Position numbers and translations under genes: made by a program. The notes beneath the pieces are model-generated. The model searched no databases. It had not been told where the DNA came from and was given only the letters and a program-made list of their open reading frames with translations. A DNA stretch of 64,000 nt, taken from NCBI GenBank assembly GCA_947503175.1, contig CANNCO010000006.1:62323-126322 (forward strand), in the 5' to 3' direction. This DNA comes from an uncultured Rhodobacteraceae bacterium. Lineage in GTDB: Bacteria; Pseudomonadota; Alphaproteobacteria; Rhodobacterales; Rhodobacteraceae. Each line of letters opens with the position of its first letter. Within the stretch, counting starts at the first letter, position 1. Shown one piece after another: positions 8,826 to 18,867 of the stretch.

Positions 8826-10658
8826 TTAGGTTGGCTCTGTAACATCTCTGTTACGTTCCTCTCTGTCCGAAATCCCGGAAGTAATCTCTTCCTGTTCCAG
8901 CGACAGGAGCTGTTCAACCTCGGCAAGGGCACTGTCACGCTCAAGGAAATAGGTGCGCGCAGCTTCGATCAGGTCTCGCATAGCGGCGTAGGCATAGCCA
9001 GAATCGTTAAGAAAGGATGTCGCGGACTCGGGCGTAAGATCCTGACTGCGGATCAGCATGTCGATACGGTGCGCCGTCGAACGCGCATCCTCTTCGATCT
9101 GTGCCCGTTCCTGATCCAGCCAAAGGGCACTGCGCTCTTCAGTCGGGGTATCGCTGAGTTTGTCGATCTCAATCACGATCCGTGCGATCTCGGTTCTCAG
9201 CGTGTCATAGAGATCGGTCACCCTGCCCTGTGGCCGGGTGGTGTAACGCAGCGTGTTCTTGCGCAGGTGTTTCACAGATTTCACAGCCTGCACGACCTTG
9301 CCCGCGACGTCGCGCAATGCATCGATCCGATCAGCTATTTCGGGATAATAGCTTCGACTGCCTGCGCGCGACGAGTAATCGACAATCGCCGCATAAAGCG
9401 TTTTGACCCGGCGCTCATACTCCGCCTCGATGTCCATCTCGATTTCCCGACGACTCTTGCGAACGGTCTCTGCGACGCTTGCAGCTTCGGATATCTCATC
9501 CCGGTGGAGGTTCAGGCCATGCAGGATCAGTTCCGTCGCATTCCGGTAAAGGTGGAAAACCTCCTGACGTAAGGCGCTCTCAAGTGTCTGGGGAAACTCA
9601 TCGACGGCCTTGTTCAGGAAGTGTGGACGGCTGACTTCCTGCACCGGTTCCGCGATCCTCCGTTCAAGGAACCCGACCAGTTGCTTCAGCAAAGGCAGCG
9701 TCAGGACAACGCCAAGCAGGTTGAAGACCGTGTGGAATACGGCAAGCTTCAGCGCAAAGTCGCTCTGCGCAATGCCGGCAAGATCGCTGAGCCAGTCCAC
9801 GGACATGCGCAGGGGGTCGATGAGCGCCAGCGCGACCGCGGCTGTCGCCATGTTGAAGATAAGATGCGCCAGCGCCAGCCGCCTGCCCTGATAGTTGGCA
9901 CTGAGCGAGCCGATGACCGCCGTGATCGTCGTGCCGATATTGGCGCCAATGGCCAGCGCAAGGGCATTGTCATAAGTGATCTGTCCCGCAGCCAAAGCCG
10001 TTATCGTCAGAACCATCGTGGCATGGCTCGATTGCATAACGACCGTCGCCATCGCCCCGATCAACGTATAAACGCCCAGCCCCAGAAGGCCGGCAAGGGC
10101 GAAACGGGTCAGGTCGATCTGGTCCCGAAATGCCTCGAACCCTTCCTTCATGTGATGGATGCCGAGGAACAGGAACCCCAACCCCCCAAGGGCAAAGCCG
10201 ATCCCGCGTATGGCTTTGGACTTTTGGAACACCAGAACGATGCTGAGCGCGATCAAGGGCATCGCGTAGGATGCGATATTGACCTTCAGACCCAGACCCG
10301 CGACGAGCCAAGCGCCGGTCGTCGTTCCGATATTGGCGCCGAGGATCACGCCGACCCCGGCAACAAGAGGAATCAGCCCGGCGCTGAGAAACGAGATGGT
10401 AATGACGGAGACGAGCGAACTGGATTGCAAGACGGTCGTTGAAACGAAGCCAAACAGAAGCGAGCGCGAGACAGATCCCGTCGCCCGCTCCAGAAGCCGC
10501 TCCAACGCACCGCCGCCGAACAGCTTGAAACCATCCTCCAGCATCAGCATCCCGAACAGGAAGATCGCCACACCGGCTGCGATCTCCTGAACTTCCGGCT
10601 TCAGCCAGAAGGCAAGGATAAGCACTCCGATGGCGGACGGAAGGAGGTATTTTTTCAA
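8826..10658 (-). CDS. Na+/Pi cotransporter family protein (NptA-like with PhoU-like C-terminus)
   Basis: Repeated motifs LQSSSLVS..GANIGTTTG and MQSSHAT..GANIGTTIT; TTG start. Confidence 0.9.
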   Translation of the reverse strand: MKKYLLPSAIGVLILAFWLKPEVQEIAAGVAIFLFGMLMLEDGFKLFGGGALERLLERATGSVSRSLLFGFVSTTVLQSSSLVSVITISFLSAGLIPLVAGVGVILGANIGTTTGAWLVAGLGLKVNIASYAMPLIALSIVLVFQKSKAIRGIGFALGGLGFLFLGIHHMKEGFEAFRDQIDLTRFALAGLLGLGVYTLIGAMATVVMQSSHATMVLTITALAAGQITYDNALALAIGANIGTTITAVIGSLSANYQGRRLALAHLIFNMATAAVALALIDPLRMSVDWLSDLAGIAQSDFALKLAVFHTVFNLLGVVLTLPLLKQLVGFLERRIAEPVQEVSRPHFLNKAVDEFPQTLESALRQEVFHLYRNATELILHGLNLHRDEISEAASVAETVRKSRREIEMDIEAEYERRVKTLYAAIVDYSSRAGSRSYYPEIADRIDALRDVAGKVVQAVKSVKHLRKNTLRYTTRPQGRVTDLYDTLRTEIARIVIEIDKLSDTPTEERSALWLDQERAQIEEDARSTAHRIDMLIRSQDLTPESATSFLNDSGYAYAAMRDLIEAARTYFLERDSALAEVEQLLSLEQEEITSGISDREERNRDVTEPT

Positions 10659-10823
10659 GTCGCCCCGATATTCATGACAGAAACATAACGAAAAAGATGG
10701 ATGAGACCATCGCCGGGAAAAACGACCGAGACAAGCGGTACGGGCGCCGTACCGGACCGGGTTCAGGCAAGAGGTCTGCGGACGGTTTGCAGTTTCCGCA
10801 GTTCCGGCCTTGCGTCGAGGCTG

Positions 10824-11504
10824 CTACTCCGTCTCTGCCGCATCCGACAAACCGGCGGCATCGCGGATGATCACCATTTGCGCCGTATCGAAGCCGATAA
10901 TGCCGTTCTTGCGCAGTTGCGTGAATGTCCGGCTGACTGTTTCGGTTGTCAGACCAAGGAAATCCGCGATATCGGCACGCCGCATCGACAGGTGCACATG
11001 GCGTTCTCCCTTAACCTCGACACCGATCTTGTCAGACAGAACTTCGAGAAACGACGCGACTTTTTCTGTCGCCGACTTGCAGGCCAGCATCATGAAATGG
11101 TCCTGCATGGCGCAGATTTCACCCAGCGCAGCCTTCAGAAGTCGGATCCGGGTCGGATCGTCATCCGGCGCGTGTTCCAGCGCCGATCGCCGATGCGCGA
11201 CAAGCTCGGCCGTTGCGATCACGTCGCAATCGGCATGGTAGAATCTCCCGTTCGGGAATCCCACGAAATCGCCCGGATATCCGAAGGCAATGACCTGCCT
11301 CTTTCCGTTTTCAAGAACGCGTGTCAGGCGAACGACGCCGCTTTTGACTTCATAGATGTGTTCCGCTTCGTCACCTTCATGAAAGAGATTGGCCCCTTGG
11401 CGCAAAAACCGGGCACAGCCAAACGCAGGCTTGGTGTTCTTGGCTTCGGGGGGTTCCGCGGGATCACTGGTTGCACCGTAATTGTTTAGAAGAGTAACAT
11501 ACAT
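10824..11504 (-). CDS. fixK: Crp/Fnr family regulator, FixK-type
   Basis: cNMP-binding barrel and IADFLGLTTETVSR recognition helix; no N-terminal FNR Cys cluster. Likely start at 11504 (GGAG RBS); ORF-track start is 11543. Confidence 0.8.
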   Translation of the reverse strand: MYVTLLNNYGATSDPAEPPEAKNTKPAFGCARFLRQGANLFHEGDEAEHIYEVKSGVVRLTRVLENGKRQVIAFGYPGDFVGFPNGRFYHADCDVIATAELVAHRRSALEHAPDDDPTRIRLLKAALGEICAMQDHFMMLACKSATEKVASFLEVLSDKIGVEVKGERHVHLSMRRADIADFLGLTTETVSRTFTQLRKNGIIGFDTAQMVIIRDAAGLSDAAETE

Positions 11505-11579
11505 GGCATGCTCCATCTCTAAGGCCGGAGCATTCTGACTCATTCGTGTCGCACGATGTTTGCGGCGACGTAGGACATT

Positions 11580-11595
11580 TGTAACGAATTGTATC
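11580..11595 (-). promoter_or_regulatory. K-box-like site GATACA-ATTC-GTTACA upstream of fixK
   Basis: One mismatch to the GTTACA-N4-GTTACA K-box bound by FxkR in rhizobia; lies between fixK and the OmpR-type regulator. Confidence 0.7.
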
Positions 11596-11664
11596 GCTCG
11601 CTCCCGGGCTTTGGTTTTGGACGCGCACGATGCTTCGATGCGGTCTATTGCACAGGAAACAAAG

Positions 11665-12402
11665 GTGGCCGAGACACATATTCTCGTCGTTGACGATGAC
11701 CCGAAGGTGCGGGTGCTGCTGCGGCGTTGCCTGGAATCCGACGGCTATCGTGTCGGCGAGGCAACCGGGCGCGCCGGGATCGAGGCCGCCTTTCGAACCA
11801 AACCACCGAATCTCGTGACGCTCGATTTGAACCTTGGGGAAGAGAACGGACTCGATCTGGCGCGCGAGATCCGACGTGACCGGCAGGTTCCGATCATCAT
11901 GGTCACCAGCAGGGATGATATCATTGACCGGGTTGTCGGACTTGAGCTGGGTGCCGATGACTACATCACCAAGCCGTTTCATGTCCGGGAAGTTCTGGCC
12001 CGCGTTCGCAGTGTCTTGCGACGTGCCACGGCTCCCGCCGACACGACCGCCCCCGAGCCGGAGCATCGACCTGTATCTCCGGAACTGCAGCAGATGGACG
12101 ATCTGACAATCGATGTCGAACGCATGATCCTGACCGACCGGGACGGACAACCCTGCGATCTTACCACGGCAGACTTCAAGCTCTTGACGGCGTTCCTGCG
12201 CAATCCGAAGCGGCCCCTGTCGCGTGACCGGTTGATGGATCTGATCGACGGGCCGGAATGGGTGCCGCTTGATCGGACGATCGACAATCAGGTGGCCCGA
12301 CTGCGCAAGAAGATCGAGCGCGATCCTTCCCATCCAAAACTGATCAAGACCGTCCGGGGGGTCGGATACATGCTAACGGAATCAGCCGTACCGGCCAGCT
12401 AG
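11665..12402 (+). CDS. fxkR: OmpR family response regulator, FxkR-like
   Basis: HILVVDDD...LDL...KPF receiver plus wHTH (PLDRTIDNQVARLRKKIE...IKTVRGVGY); GTG start at 11665. Symbol assigned from context (hybrid FixL, FixK, K-box). Confidence 0.75.
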   Translation: MAETHILVVDDDPKVRVLLRRCLESDGYRVGEATGRAGIEAAFRTKPPNLVTLDLNLGEENGLDLAREIRRDRQVPIIMVTSRDDIIDRVVGLELGADDYITKPFHVREVLARVRSVLRRATAPADTTAPEPEHRPVSPELQQMDDLTIDVERMILTDRDGQPCDLTTADFKLLTAFLRNPKRPLSRDRLMDLIDGPEWVPLDRTIDNQVARLRKKIERDPSHPKLIKTVRGVGYMLTESAVPAS

Positions 12403-13964
12403 GTCCCACCCAGACCCGCCTGAATCGCCTCTGCCAGCGCATCGTTACGGTAAGGCTTACCCAGAACCGGAAACTCCGGCCCGACCTTGCCATCGCGTAG
12501 CAGACCCTCGGAAAAACCCGATGTGATGAGCACGCCAATTTCAGGGAACTCATCCGAGATACGGCAAGCCAGATCGTATCCGGTCATCTCGCCCGGCATC
12601 ACCAGATCGGTGAAGACAAGATCAATATCCGTTCTGCTTTGAAGGATATCCATGGCGTCGGCGGCGTTGGGCACCGACAGGCAGGCATAGCCGAGCGAGA
12701 TGAGGCGGGTTTCCGTCAGGCGGCGAATCCTAGGATCGTCCTCGACGATCAGGATAAGCTGCCCCTGGCCTCTCGACACCTTCGTTGAGGATGTCGCGGC
12801 ACTGTCCGCCGCAATGGCTCCGGTCGGATCGAGCGCGGGGAAATAAAGGCTGACCTTCGTGCCCTCTCCCGGTTCGCTATAGATCGCAAAGTGGCCTCCT
12901 GACTGCTTCACAAAGCCGTAGACCATCGACAGACCCAGCCCCGTGCCCTTGCCGGCGGGTTTTGTTGTATAGAACGGTTCGATCGCGCGGGCTCTTGCCG
13001 CCGCACTCATCCCCTCGCCATCGTCGCTGACGGTCAGCCGGACAAAACTGCCTTTCCGGAACTCGATATCCTGGGCAAGGTACCGTTCGTCGACGACCAC
13101 GTTATCGACCTCGATCATGATCCGTCCGCCTTCCGGCATCGCGTCCTGGGCGTTCAGAGTGAGATTGAGGATCGCAGTCTGCAACTGTGTGGGATCTATC
13201 ATCGCCATCCAGGCATCCTTGGCCGCAGAGAAATCGATCCGGCATTGCGGGTTTATTGTACGCCGAAGCAGGCGAATGGAGGTCTTGAGAATCTCCTCGA
13301 GATTGGTCGGCTCCGACCTGAGCGCGCTCTTACGGGCAAAGACCAGAAGGCGCGATGTCAGTTCCTCGCCCAGACCTGCGGCCTCAAGAGCATCCTTGAT
13401 CAGCGGCTTGGCGGCATCGCTGGTCTCGATTGCCTGGAGCAGTTCGAGATTACCGATGATGACCGTCAACAGGTTATTGAAATCATGAGATATTCCGCCG
13501 GTCAATTGCCCGATAGCGTCCATACGCTGAGCGAGCATCATCGCTTCCTCAGTGCTACGTTCAGGACCCAGATCGTGCAGGATCGTAACGAAAGTCGGTT
13601 CGTCCTCGATCACGGCCTCACCGACTGACAAACGCAGAGGAAAGACCGTGCCATCCTTGCGCCTGCCTTCGACATCGCGCCCGACACCGTTGGTCCGCGT
13701 CTCGTTCGTTCTTGAGTGCCCCTTTATGAACTCCGGGTGGCCGGCAGCCATGCCGCCCGGAACAAGAAGCAGCAGGTTCTCTCCGACAAGTGCATCGGCG
13801 GGATATCCGAAAAGTCGTGAAGCCGCAGAGTTGGCGCGCGTGATCACACCTGCCTTGTCCGTGACGATAATGGCATCGGCGGCCGCTTCCAGCAGCGCCT
13901 TCAGCAGCGCGGGTTCCCGGGCATCGGACAATTGGCTGGTCCCATTCATCGGCTGACCCGACAT
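12399..13964 (-). CDS. Hybrid PAS histidine kinase with receiver domain (hFixL-like oxygen sensor)
   Basis: PAS ...AGHPEFI...GVGRDVEGRRKDGTVFPLRLSVGE aligns with the FixL haem-PAS including the axial His. H-box ISHDFNNLL, GKGTGLGL G-box, C-terminal REC. Start 13964 or 13949. Confidence 0.85.
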   Translation of the reverse strand: MSGQPMNGTSQLSDAREPALLKALLEAAADAIIVTDKAGVITRANSAASRLFGYPADALVGENLLLLVPGGMAAGHPEFIKGHSRTNETRTNGVGRDVEGRRKDGTVFPLRLSVGEAVIEDEPTFVTILHDLGPERSTEEAMMLAQRMDAIGQLTGGISHDFNNLLTVIIGNLELLQAIETSDAAKPLIKDALEAAGLGEELTSRLLVFARKSALRSEPTNLEEILKTSIRLLRRTINPQCRIDFSAAKDAWMAMIDPTQLQTAILNLTLNAQDAMPEGGRIMIEVDNVVVDERYLAQDIEFRKGSFVRLTVSDDGEGMSAAARARAIEPFYTTKPAGKGTGLGLSMVYGFVKQSGGHFAIYSEPGEGTKVSLYFPALDPTGAIAADSAATSSTKVSRGQGQLILIVEDDPRIRRLTETRLISLGYACLSVPNAADAMDILQSRTDIDLVFTDLVMPGEMTGYDLACRISDEFPEIGVLITSGFSEGLLRDGKVGPEFPVLGKPYRNDALAEAIQAGLGGT

Positions 13965-14068
13965 TTGTACGCGCAAACCGCGGGATTGATCCAGCCTTTG
14001 GCCAAAGACCGCGGCCGCGCGGGCTTCCAAAGTCCGTCTATGCGACCGCTGAACATCAACAAGCCGCG

Positions 14069-14467
14069 CTAACCCCAGTTCTCGGCCATGGCCCGAAGGA
14101 TATCCGCCCGGCTGATCTGACCGACCAAGCGTCCTTCCTGAACGACCGGAAAACGGCGAAAGGTGCTGTTGATGAACGCTTCGCAGGCCGCAACGATATC
14201 CATGCCCGGATCAAGCGTGTGAACGTCATCGGCCATATAGCCCGAAACCGGCTTGCCCCATTCACGATAGTAACTGGCCTCCAACGCGGCGCGCAGACAG
14301 TCTTTCTTGGACAGGATGCCGACCAACCGGCCCGCCTCATCGACCACGGGAGCGCCAGAGATCTTGTACTTCAGCAGGACGGCCATTGCATCGTTGATCT
14401 CCTGACCGGGACTGAGCGTGATCAACTCCCGCGCCATGTAATCCGCAACGGTCGGAAGCTCGCTCAT
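14069..14467 (-). CDS. CBS domain-containing protein
   Basis: Two CBS repeats ([16 protein letters not shown]; [19 protein letters not shown]); ATGA-coupled to nqrM. Confidence 0.9.
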   Translation of the reverse strand: MSELPTVADYMARELITLSPGQEINDAMAVLLKYKISGAPVVDEAGRLVGILSKKDCLRAALEASYYREWGKPVSGYMADDVHTLDPGMDIVAACEAFINSTFRRFPVVQEGRLVGQISRADILRAMAENWG

Positions 14468-14637
14468 CTCCCACCCTCGCCGTCATTCCTGCGCGTACAT
14501 CCAGCACAGGCCCCTGTTTTGCCACAGGCGATACCGCCGCAGGATCCCTTGATCGGATCGCGCCCGAAAAGGACGCCGACCGCCAAACCCAGAACGGCAA
14601 GCAGTATCAGCAATAGGCTCAGAAGGAATGTTGTCAT
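14464..14637 (-). CDS. nqrM: Na+-NQR maturation factor NqrM (57 aa, below the ORF-track cutoff)
   Basis: Manual translation [57 protein letters not shown]: one TM helix, IKGSCGG motif, four Cys; follows apbE. Confidence 0.85.
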   Translation of the reverse strand: MTTFLLSLLLILLAVLGLAVGVLFGRDPIKGSCGGIACGKTGACAGCTRRNDGEGGR

Positions 14638-14652
14638 GTCCAGTCTCCCGCC

Positions 14653-15609
14653 TCAGACCATGAGATGATCGGCAAAAGCGCCGGTTGTAACGGTTTCCAG
14701 TACGGCGCCACCCGACAAAAGGAAAAGAGCATCGATTCCGTGGCGGCGCGCGAAACCGGCGCCGCGTTCGCCCATGGCACAAAGGGCCGTCGCAAGCGCG
14801 TCGGCCCGCTCCGCCGTTTCCGCCAGAACCGAGACCGACGCAACCGGGGACACCGCAGAACGCCTGACGCGCGGGTCGATGATATGGCTTGTCGATACCG
14901 AACCGGTCACCCCGTTCGCGCTGTGACCGGATGTGGCAAGGGCCAGATGCCCCGGCGCCACGATGTGTCTTGCGGTGAATGCGCCCGGTGTCGGATCCTC
15001 GATGGCCACCTGCCAGCTCCGTCCGGACGGATGCTGCCCGTGGGCCCGGACTTCGCCCCCCAGTTCGATCAGGAAAGGTCCAGACAGACGCACTTTCAGG
15101 GCGTCGAACATCCGATCCAGCGCATGCCCTTTGGCGATGCCGCACAGATCGAGCGTCAGACCCGATTGCGTTTTTCTAAGCGCACCCGGAACGGCCTCGA
15201 CCTGCCCGCCGATCTCGCCATGTCCCGAAATCGGCCCAAAGCCCATCCTGTGAACCAACGGCCCGACGCGCGGATCAAACACGCCACCTGTGAAAAGCGA
15301 CATAGAAATCGCATGTTCCGCAACCCGTGCCAATGGGCCGGGAACATCTTGCCAATCGGTCGACTGGCTCCGATTGAAACGCGACAGGGCTGACTCGGGC
15401 TTGTAAGGCGACATCTGACTGTCGACCTCCGCAACGATCCGAATGATCGCCGCGCGCATCCCGGCGACCTCCGCATCTGATGTCACAACCCGCCATATGC
15501 CTCCGAAAGCCGAGCCGCCGGTAACAGCCGTGCCGGCCGATGCACCACCGGGTCCGAACGCGGCAGCCGCGGCACCTATTGTCATCATGTATCGTCGGGT
15601 CAGCATCAT
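14653..15609 (-). CDS. apbE: FAD:protein FMN transferase
   Basis: LDLCGIAKGHALD, LIELGGE, LATSG, SHIIDPR, ADALATAL; N-terminal TRR suggests Tat export. Confidence 0.92.
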   Translation of the reverse strand: MMLTRRYMMTIGAAAAAFGPGGASAGTAVTGGSAFGGIWRVVTSDAEVAGMRAAIIRIVAEVDSQMSPYKPESALSRFNRSQSTDWQDVPGPLARVAEHAISMSLFTGGVFDPRVGPLVHRMGFGPISGHGEIGGQVEAVPGALRKTQSGLTLDLCGIAKGHALDRMFDALKVRLSGPFLIELGGEVRAHGQHPSGRSWQVAIEDPTPGAFTARHIVAPGHLALATSGHSANGVTGSVSTSHIIDPRVRRSAVSPVASVSVLAETAERADALATALCAMGERGAGFARRHGIDALFLLSGGAVLETVTTGAFADHLMV

Positions 15610-15613
15610 CAGC

Positions 15614-16834
15614 CTATACTCCGAAATCGTCGTTGAAGATGCTGTCGGGCTCGACGCCCAGCTCGTCCAGCATGTGCATCACCGCCGAGATCATCATCGG
15701 CGGGCCGCAGAGATAGTATTCGCAGTCTTCGGGCGCCGGATGGTCGCGAAGGTAATTCTCAAGAGCAATCCGATGGACAAAACCGGTGGCGCCGGACCAA
15801 TCGTCCGTGGGTTCCGGATCAGAAAGCGCAACCGTCCAGTCGAAATTCTCGTGCTTTGCCGCAAGCGCGTTCAACTCATCCTCGTAGAACAGGTCTACCT
15901 TGCTGCGGGCACCGTACCAGAAAGTGACCTTCCGCCCGCTCTTCAGCCCTTCAAGCTGTTCGAACAGCATCGCCCGCAACGGAGCCATACCGACGCCGCC
16001 ACCGATAAAGACCATCTCGCGGTCGCTGTCGCGGGCCCGGAACGACCCGAACGGCCCGGCAGTTGACACCGTGTCGCCCGGGCTCAGATTGAACAGCCAA
16101 GACGATACGATCCCCGGTTTCGCGTCGCGCACCCCAGGGGGTGGCAGAGCCAGCCGGATATTCAGAACGATGCGGCCCGCAGCCGTGTCTTCTGGTCGGT
16201 TGGCGATGGAGTAGGCACGCGTTACGGGCTCGGATGTGTCCACCGAAAGCGAGCGTAGCGGTGCCCAGATGTCCGCGTGTTCGTCCGGAACCTTGATCTT
16301 GGCGTAGTCCAGCGCGAATGGCGGCGCGGTAAGCTGCACGAAAGCGCCTGCGAAAATGTCGGGGCGGCTGTCGTCGGGCAGGTCCAGAACGATCTCGCGG
16401 ATCAGCGGTGTCAGCGCCCGCACAGACGCAACCCGGCACATCACGGCCTCGGCGGCCAGAAGGTCATCGGGGACGCGCACGGCCATATCGCCGCGCATCG
16501 TAACCTGACAGGCCAGATGAACACCCGAATGAAGTTCCGATGGCGACAACCGCGCTGTCTCGATCGGCAACGGATCGGGTCCACCTTCAACGATCTGCAC
16601 CCTGCAGAGACCACACGTCCCCGCCCCGGCGCAGGCCGACGGTATCATCACACCGTTTTCGTTAAGAGCAGCCAAAAGCTTCCGTCCGGTTTCGGTCGCA
16701 ATACGGGTCGTGCCATTCAGGGTCAGTGTGGCGGGGCGCGCCGGGTTGAGAATGGCCCTGGCGGCGATCACCAAGCCCGACAAAAGCAGGATCAGAACGA
16801 TCAGAACACCGCTTCCCAGAAGGATACTGGTCAT
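15614..16834 (-). CDS. nqrF: NQR subunit F (NADH dehydrogenase, FAD and 2Fe-2S)
   Basis: TM anchor, [12 protein letters not shown]...[32 protein letters not shown]. Confidence 0.95.
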   Translation of the reverse strand: MTSILLGSGVLIVLILLLSGLVIAARAILNPARPATLTLNGTTRIATETGRKLLAALNENGVMIPSACAGAGTCGLCRVQIVEGGPDPLPIETARLSPSELHSGVHLACQVTMRGDMAVRVPDDLLAAEAVMCRVASVRALTPLIREIVLDLPDDSRPDIFAGAFVQLTAPPFALDYAKIKVPDEHADIWAPLRSLSVDTSEPVTRAYSIANRPEDTAAGRIVLNIRLALPPPGVRDAKPGIVSSWLFNLSPGDTVSTAGPFGSFRARDSDREMVFIGGGVGMAPLRAMLFEQLEGLKSGRKVTFWYGARSKVDLFYEDELNALAAKHENFDWTVALSDPEPTDDWSGATGFVHRIALENYLRDHPAPEDCEYYLCGPPMMISAVMHMLDELGVEPDSIFNDDFGV

Positions 16835-17430
16835 GGCCCCACCCCCGCAAAGGCAGAAAACCCAAGCGACATGAGGCCGGTGACCAGAAACGCGCTTGCC
16901 AGCCCCTGAACGCCATCGGGCATATTGCTGTAGCGCAGCCTTTCGCGGATCGCGGCGAAGGTGACAATCGCCAAAGCCCAGCCGACACCGCTTCCGAAAC
17001 CATAGACGACTGCTTCCAGCGGCTCATAGCGCCGTTCGACCATGAACAGGCTGCCGCCAAGTATCGCGCAGTTCACCGTGATCAGGGGCAGGAAGATGCC
17101 AAGAGCGCGGTAAAGGACCGGCACATAGCGTTCCAAGGTCATTTCGAGAATCTGCACCATGGCGGCGATGACGCCGATAAAGGCGATCAGTTTCAGAAAC
17201 GACAGATCCACGTCGGGCAGCCCCAGCCAACGCCACGCACCATCAATCAGCAAACCCTGAAAGATCAATGCGTTGACGGGAACCGTGATGCTTTGCACGA
17301 CGATCACTGCTGCACCAAGGCCCAATGCCGTTTCGACCCGCTCGGAAACCGCCAAAAACGTACAGATGCCCAGAAAGAACGACAGGGCGAGGTTCTCCTG
17401 AAAGATGGCGGCGATCAGCAGGTCGGTCAT
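16831..17430 (-). CDS. nqrE: NQR subunit E
   Basis: [18 protein letters not shown] and [13 protein letters not shown]; both Fe-S Cys present. Confidence 0.93.
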   Translation of the reverse strand: MTDLLIAAIFQENLALSFFLGICTFLAVSERVETALGLGAAVIVVQSITVPVNALIFQGLLIDGAWRWLGLPDVDLSFLKLIAFIGVIAAMVQILEMTLERYVPVLYRALGIFLPLITVNCAILGGSLFMVERRYEPLEAVVYGFGSGVGWALAIVTFAAIRERLRYSNMPDGVQGLASAFLVTGLMSLGFSAFAGVGP

Positions 17431-18080
17431 GACCCTGCCCTTTCACGCACCAGCGGGAACTTTGCGGGCTCTGCCTGCCGGGTCCAGTAGCTGCGGATGC
17501 CCCAGATCAGGAACCCGATGATGAAGAACGCGCTAGGTGCCAGTTGCATCAGGCCGAGCGGCTGGAACCATCCACCCTCGGAAACCGGGAGGAAAATGAA
17601 ATAGCCCAAGAGACTGCCCTGTCCCAAGAGTTCGCGTAATCCGCCGACGATCAGGAGGATCAGACTGTACCCGAGACCGTTGCCCAAGGCGTCCATGAAC
17701 GACCGCCCGGGCGGGTTGTGCATCGCAAAGGCCTCTGCCCGTCCCAGAACAAGACAGTTCGTCACGATCAGCCCGACAAAGATCGACAAGGCCCGGCTCA
17801 GTTCGAATGCAAAGGCTTGCATCAGCTCATCGATGACGATGACGAGTGACGCGATAATCGTGATCTGAACGATCAGGCGGATCACATTCGGAATGTGATG
17901 ACGCAACAGGCTGATCAGAACCGAAGACAGGCAAATCACGACCGTAAGGGCCACCGACATCATCAGCGCGGTGTTGACGGATGTGGTGACGGCAAGTGCC
18001 GAACACACGCCAAGTATCTGGCGAGTCACCGGGTTTTCGTCGATCAGCGGAGCGATCAAACGGTTCCATGCCTGTGCCAC
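17427..18080 (-). CDS. nqrD: NQR subunit D
   Basis: [12 protein letters not shown] and [14 protein letters not shown]; GTG start at 18080. Confidence 0.93.
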   Translation of the reverse strand: MAQAWNRLIAPLIDENPVTRQILGVCSALAVTTSVNTALMMSVALTVVICLSSVLISLLRHHIPNVIRLIVQITIIASLVIVIDELMQAFAFELSRALSIFVGLIVTNCLVLGRAEAFAMHNPPGRSFMDALGNGLGYSLILLIVGGLRELLGQGSLLGYFIFLPVSEGGWFQPLGLMQLAPSAFFIIGFLIWGIRSYWTRQAEPAKFPLVRERAGS

Positions 18081-18081
18081 G

Positions 18082-18867
18082 CTAAAGCCCCCCGCTGCGA
18101 AGGCGTTCAAGAAACGGCCCGTAGCCGTGGGGCCCCAACCAGTAGCGCAGCATGTTGGCAACACCGCTGCCCGTCTGCGTCGCACCCGTGATTCCGTCCA
18201 CTTCGTAGGGTTTGGTTGCTTCGCCCTTCACGACCGAGATCACGATCTCGCCCGCCTCGTTCGCGACCTCCTTTCCGGGCCACAGCGCCTGCCATTCCGG
18301 GTCTTCGATCCGGGCGCCGAGGCCAGGGGTCTCGCCCTGTTCAAGGATCGTCAATGCAGCGACAGTCCGGAGATCGGCTTCCAGCGCGAGCAAGGCGCGT
18401 ATCATGGATTGATATCCCGTGCCCCGAACCGGAAGGACGACCAGTTGTACTCGGCCATTTCCTTCAAGGATGTGGACCGCCGCGTTAGGGCCTCTTTGGC
18501 CCAGTCCGGCGACGTCCAGCTCTGACGGCACCGGGACGGCGGCGTCCGGGTCACCGGCGGCCTCCATCTCATCATAGGCCGCCGGATCGTCACTCGCCAC
18601 GAACTCACCCGACGACAGATCGACCAGCCGGGTTTCGAGGTTCTCCGCACCCGCCTCTTCCAGCAGTTCCCGCATTCCCGGCAGGGTATCCAGCATCGCG
18701 GCCATCCGCGCTTCGCGCTCGGCCTCCAGATGGGCATCCTGTATGGGTTTCAGCAGAACCGACGCCGTCGAAACGACAAGGGCACACACGAAAGCCACAA
18801 TGACGGCCATCCCGATGACCTTGGCCGGGCTTTCCTTGGTTTGGGCGGTCGCCTGTGGATCACCCAT
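18082..18867 (-). CDS. nqrC: NQR subunit C (periplasmic FMN-binding)
   Basis: GETPGLGARI and VDGITGATQT flavinylation motif; start ATG at 18867. Confidence 0.92.
   Translation of the reverse strand: MGDPQATAQTKESPAKVIGMAVIVAFVCALVVSTASVLLKPIQDAHLEAEREARMAAMLDTLPGMRELLEEAGAENLETRLVDLSSGEFVASDDPAAYDEMEAAGDPDAAVPVPSELDVAGLGQRGPNAAVHILEGNGRVQLVVLPVRGTGYQSMIRALLALEADLRTVAALTILEQGETPGLGARIEDPEWQALWPGKEVANEAGEIVISVVKGEATKPYEVDGITGATQTGSGVANMLRYWLGPHGYGPFLERLRSGGL

Noticed and set aside
8839-8856. TGTAAC/GTTAC half-sites resembling a K-box
   Set aside because: Inside the 3' end of the Na/Pi gene, inverted rather than direct, and wrongly spaced.
10824-11504. Possible O2-sensing FNR/FnrL
   Set aside because: Its Cys residues are scattered and the N-terminal 4Fe-4S ligand cluster is absent, so it is FixK-type.
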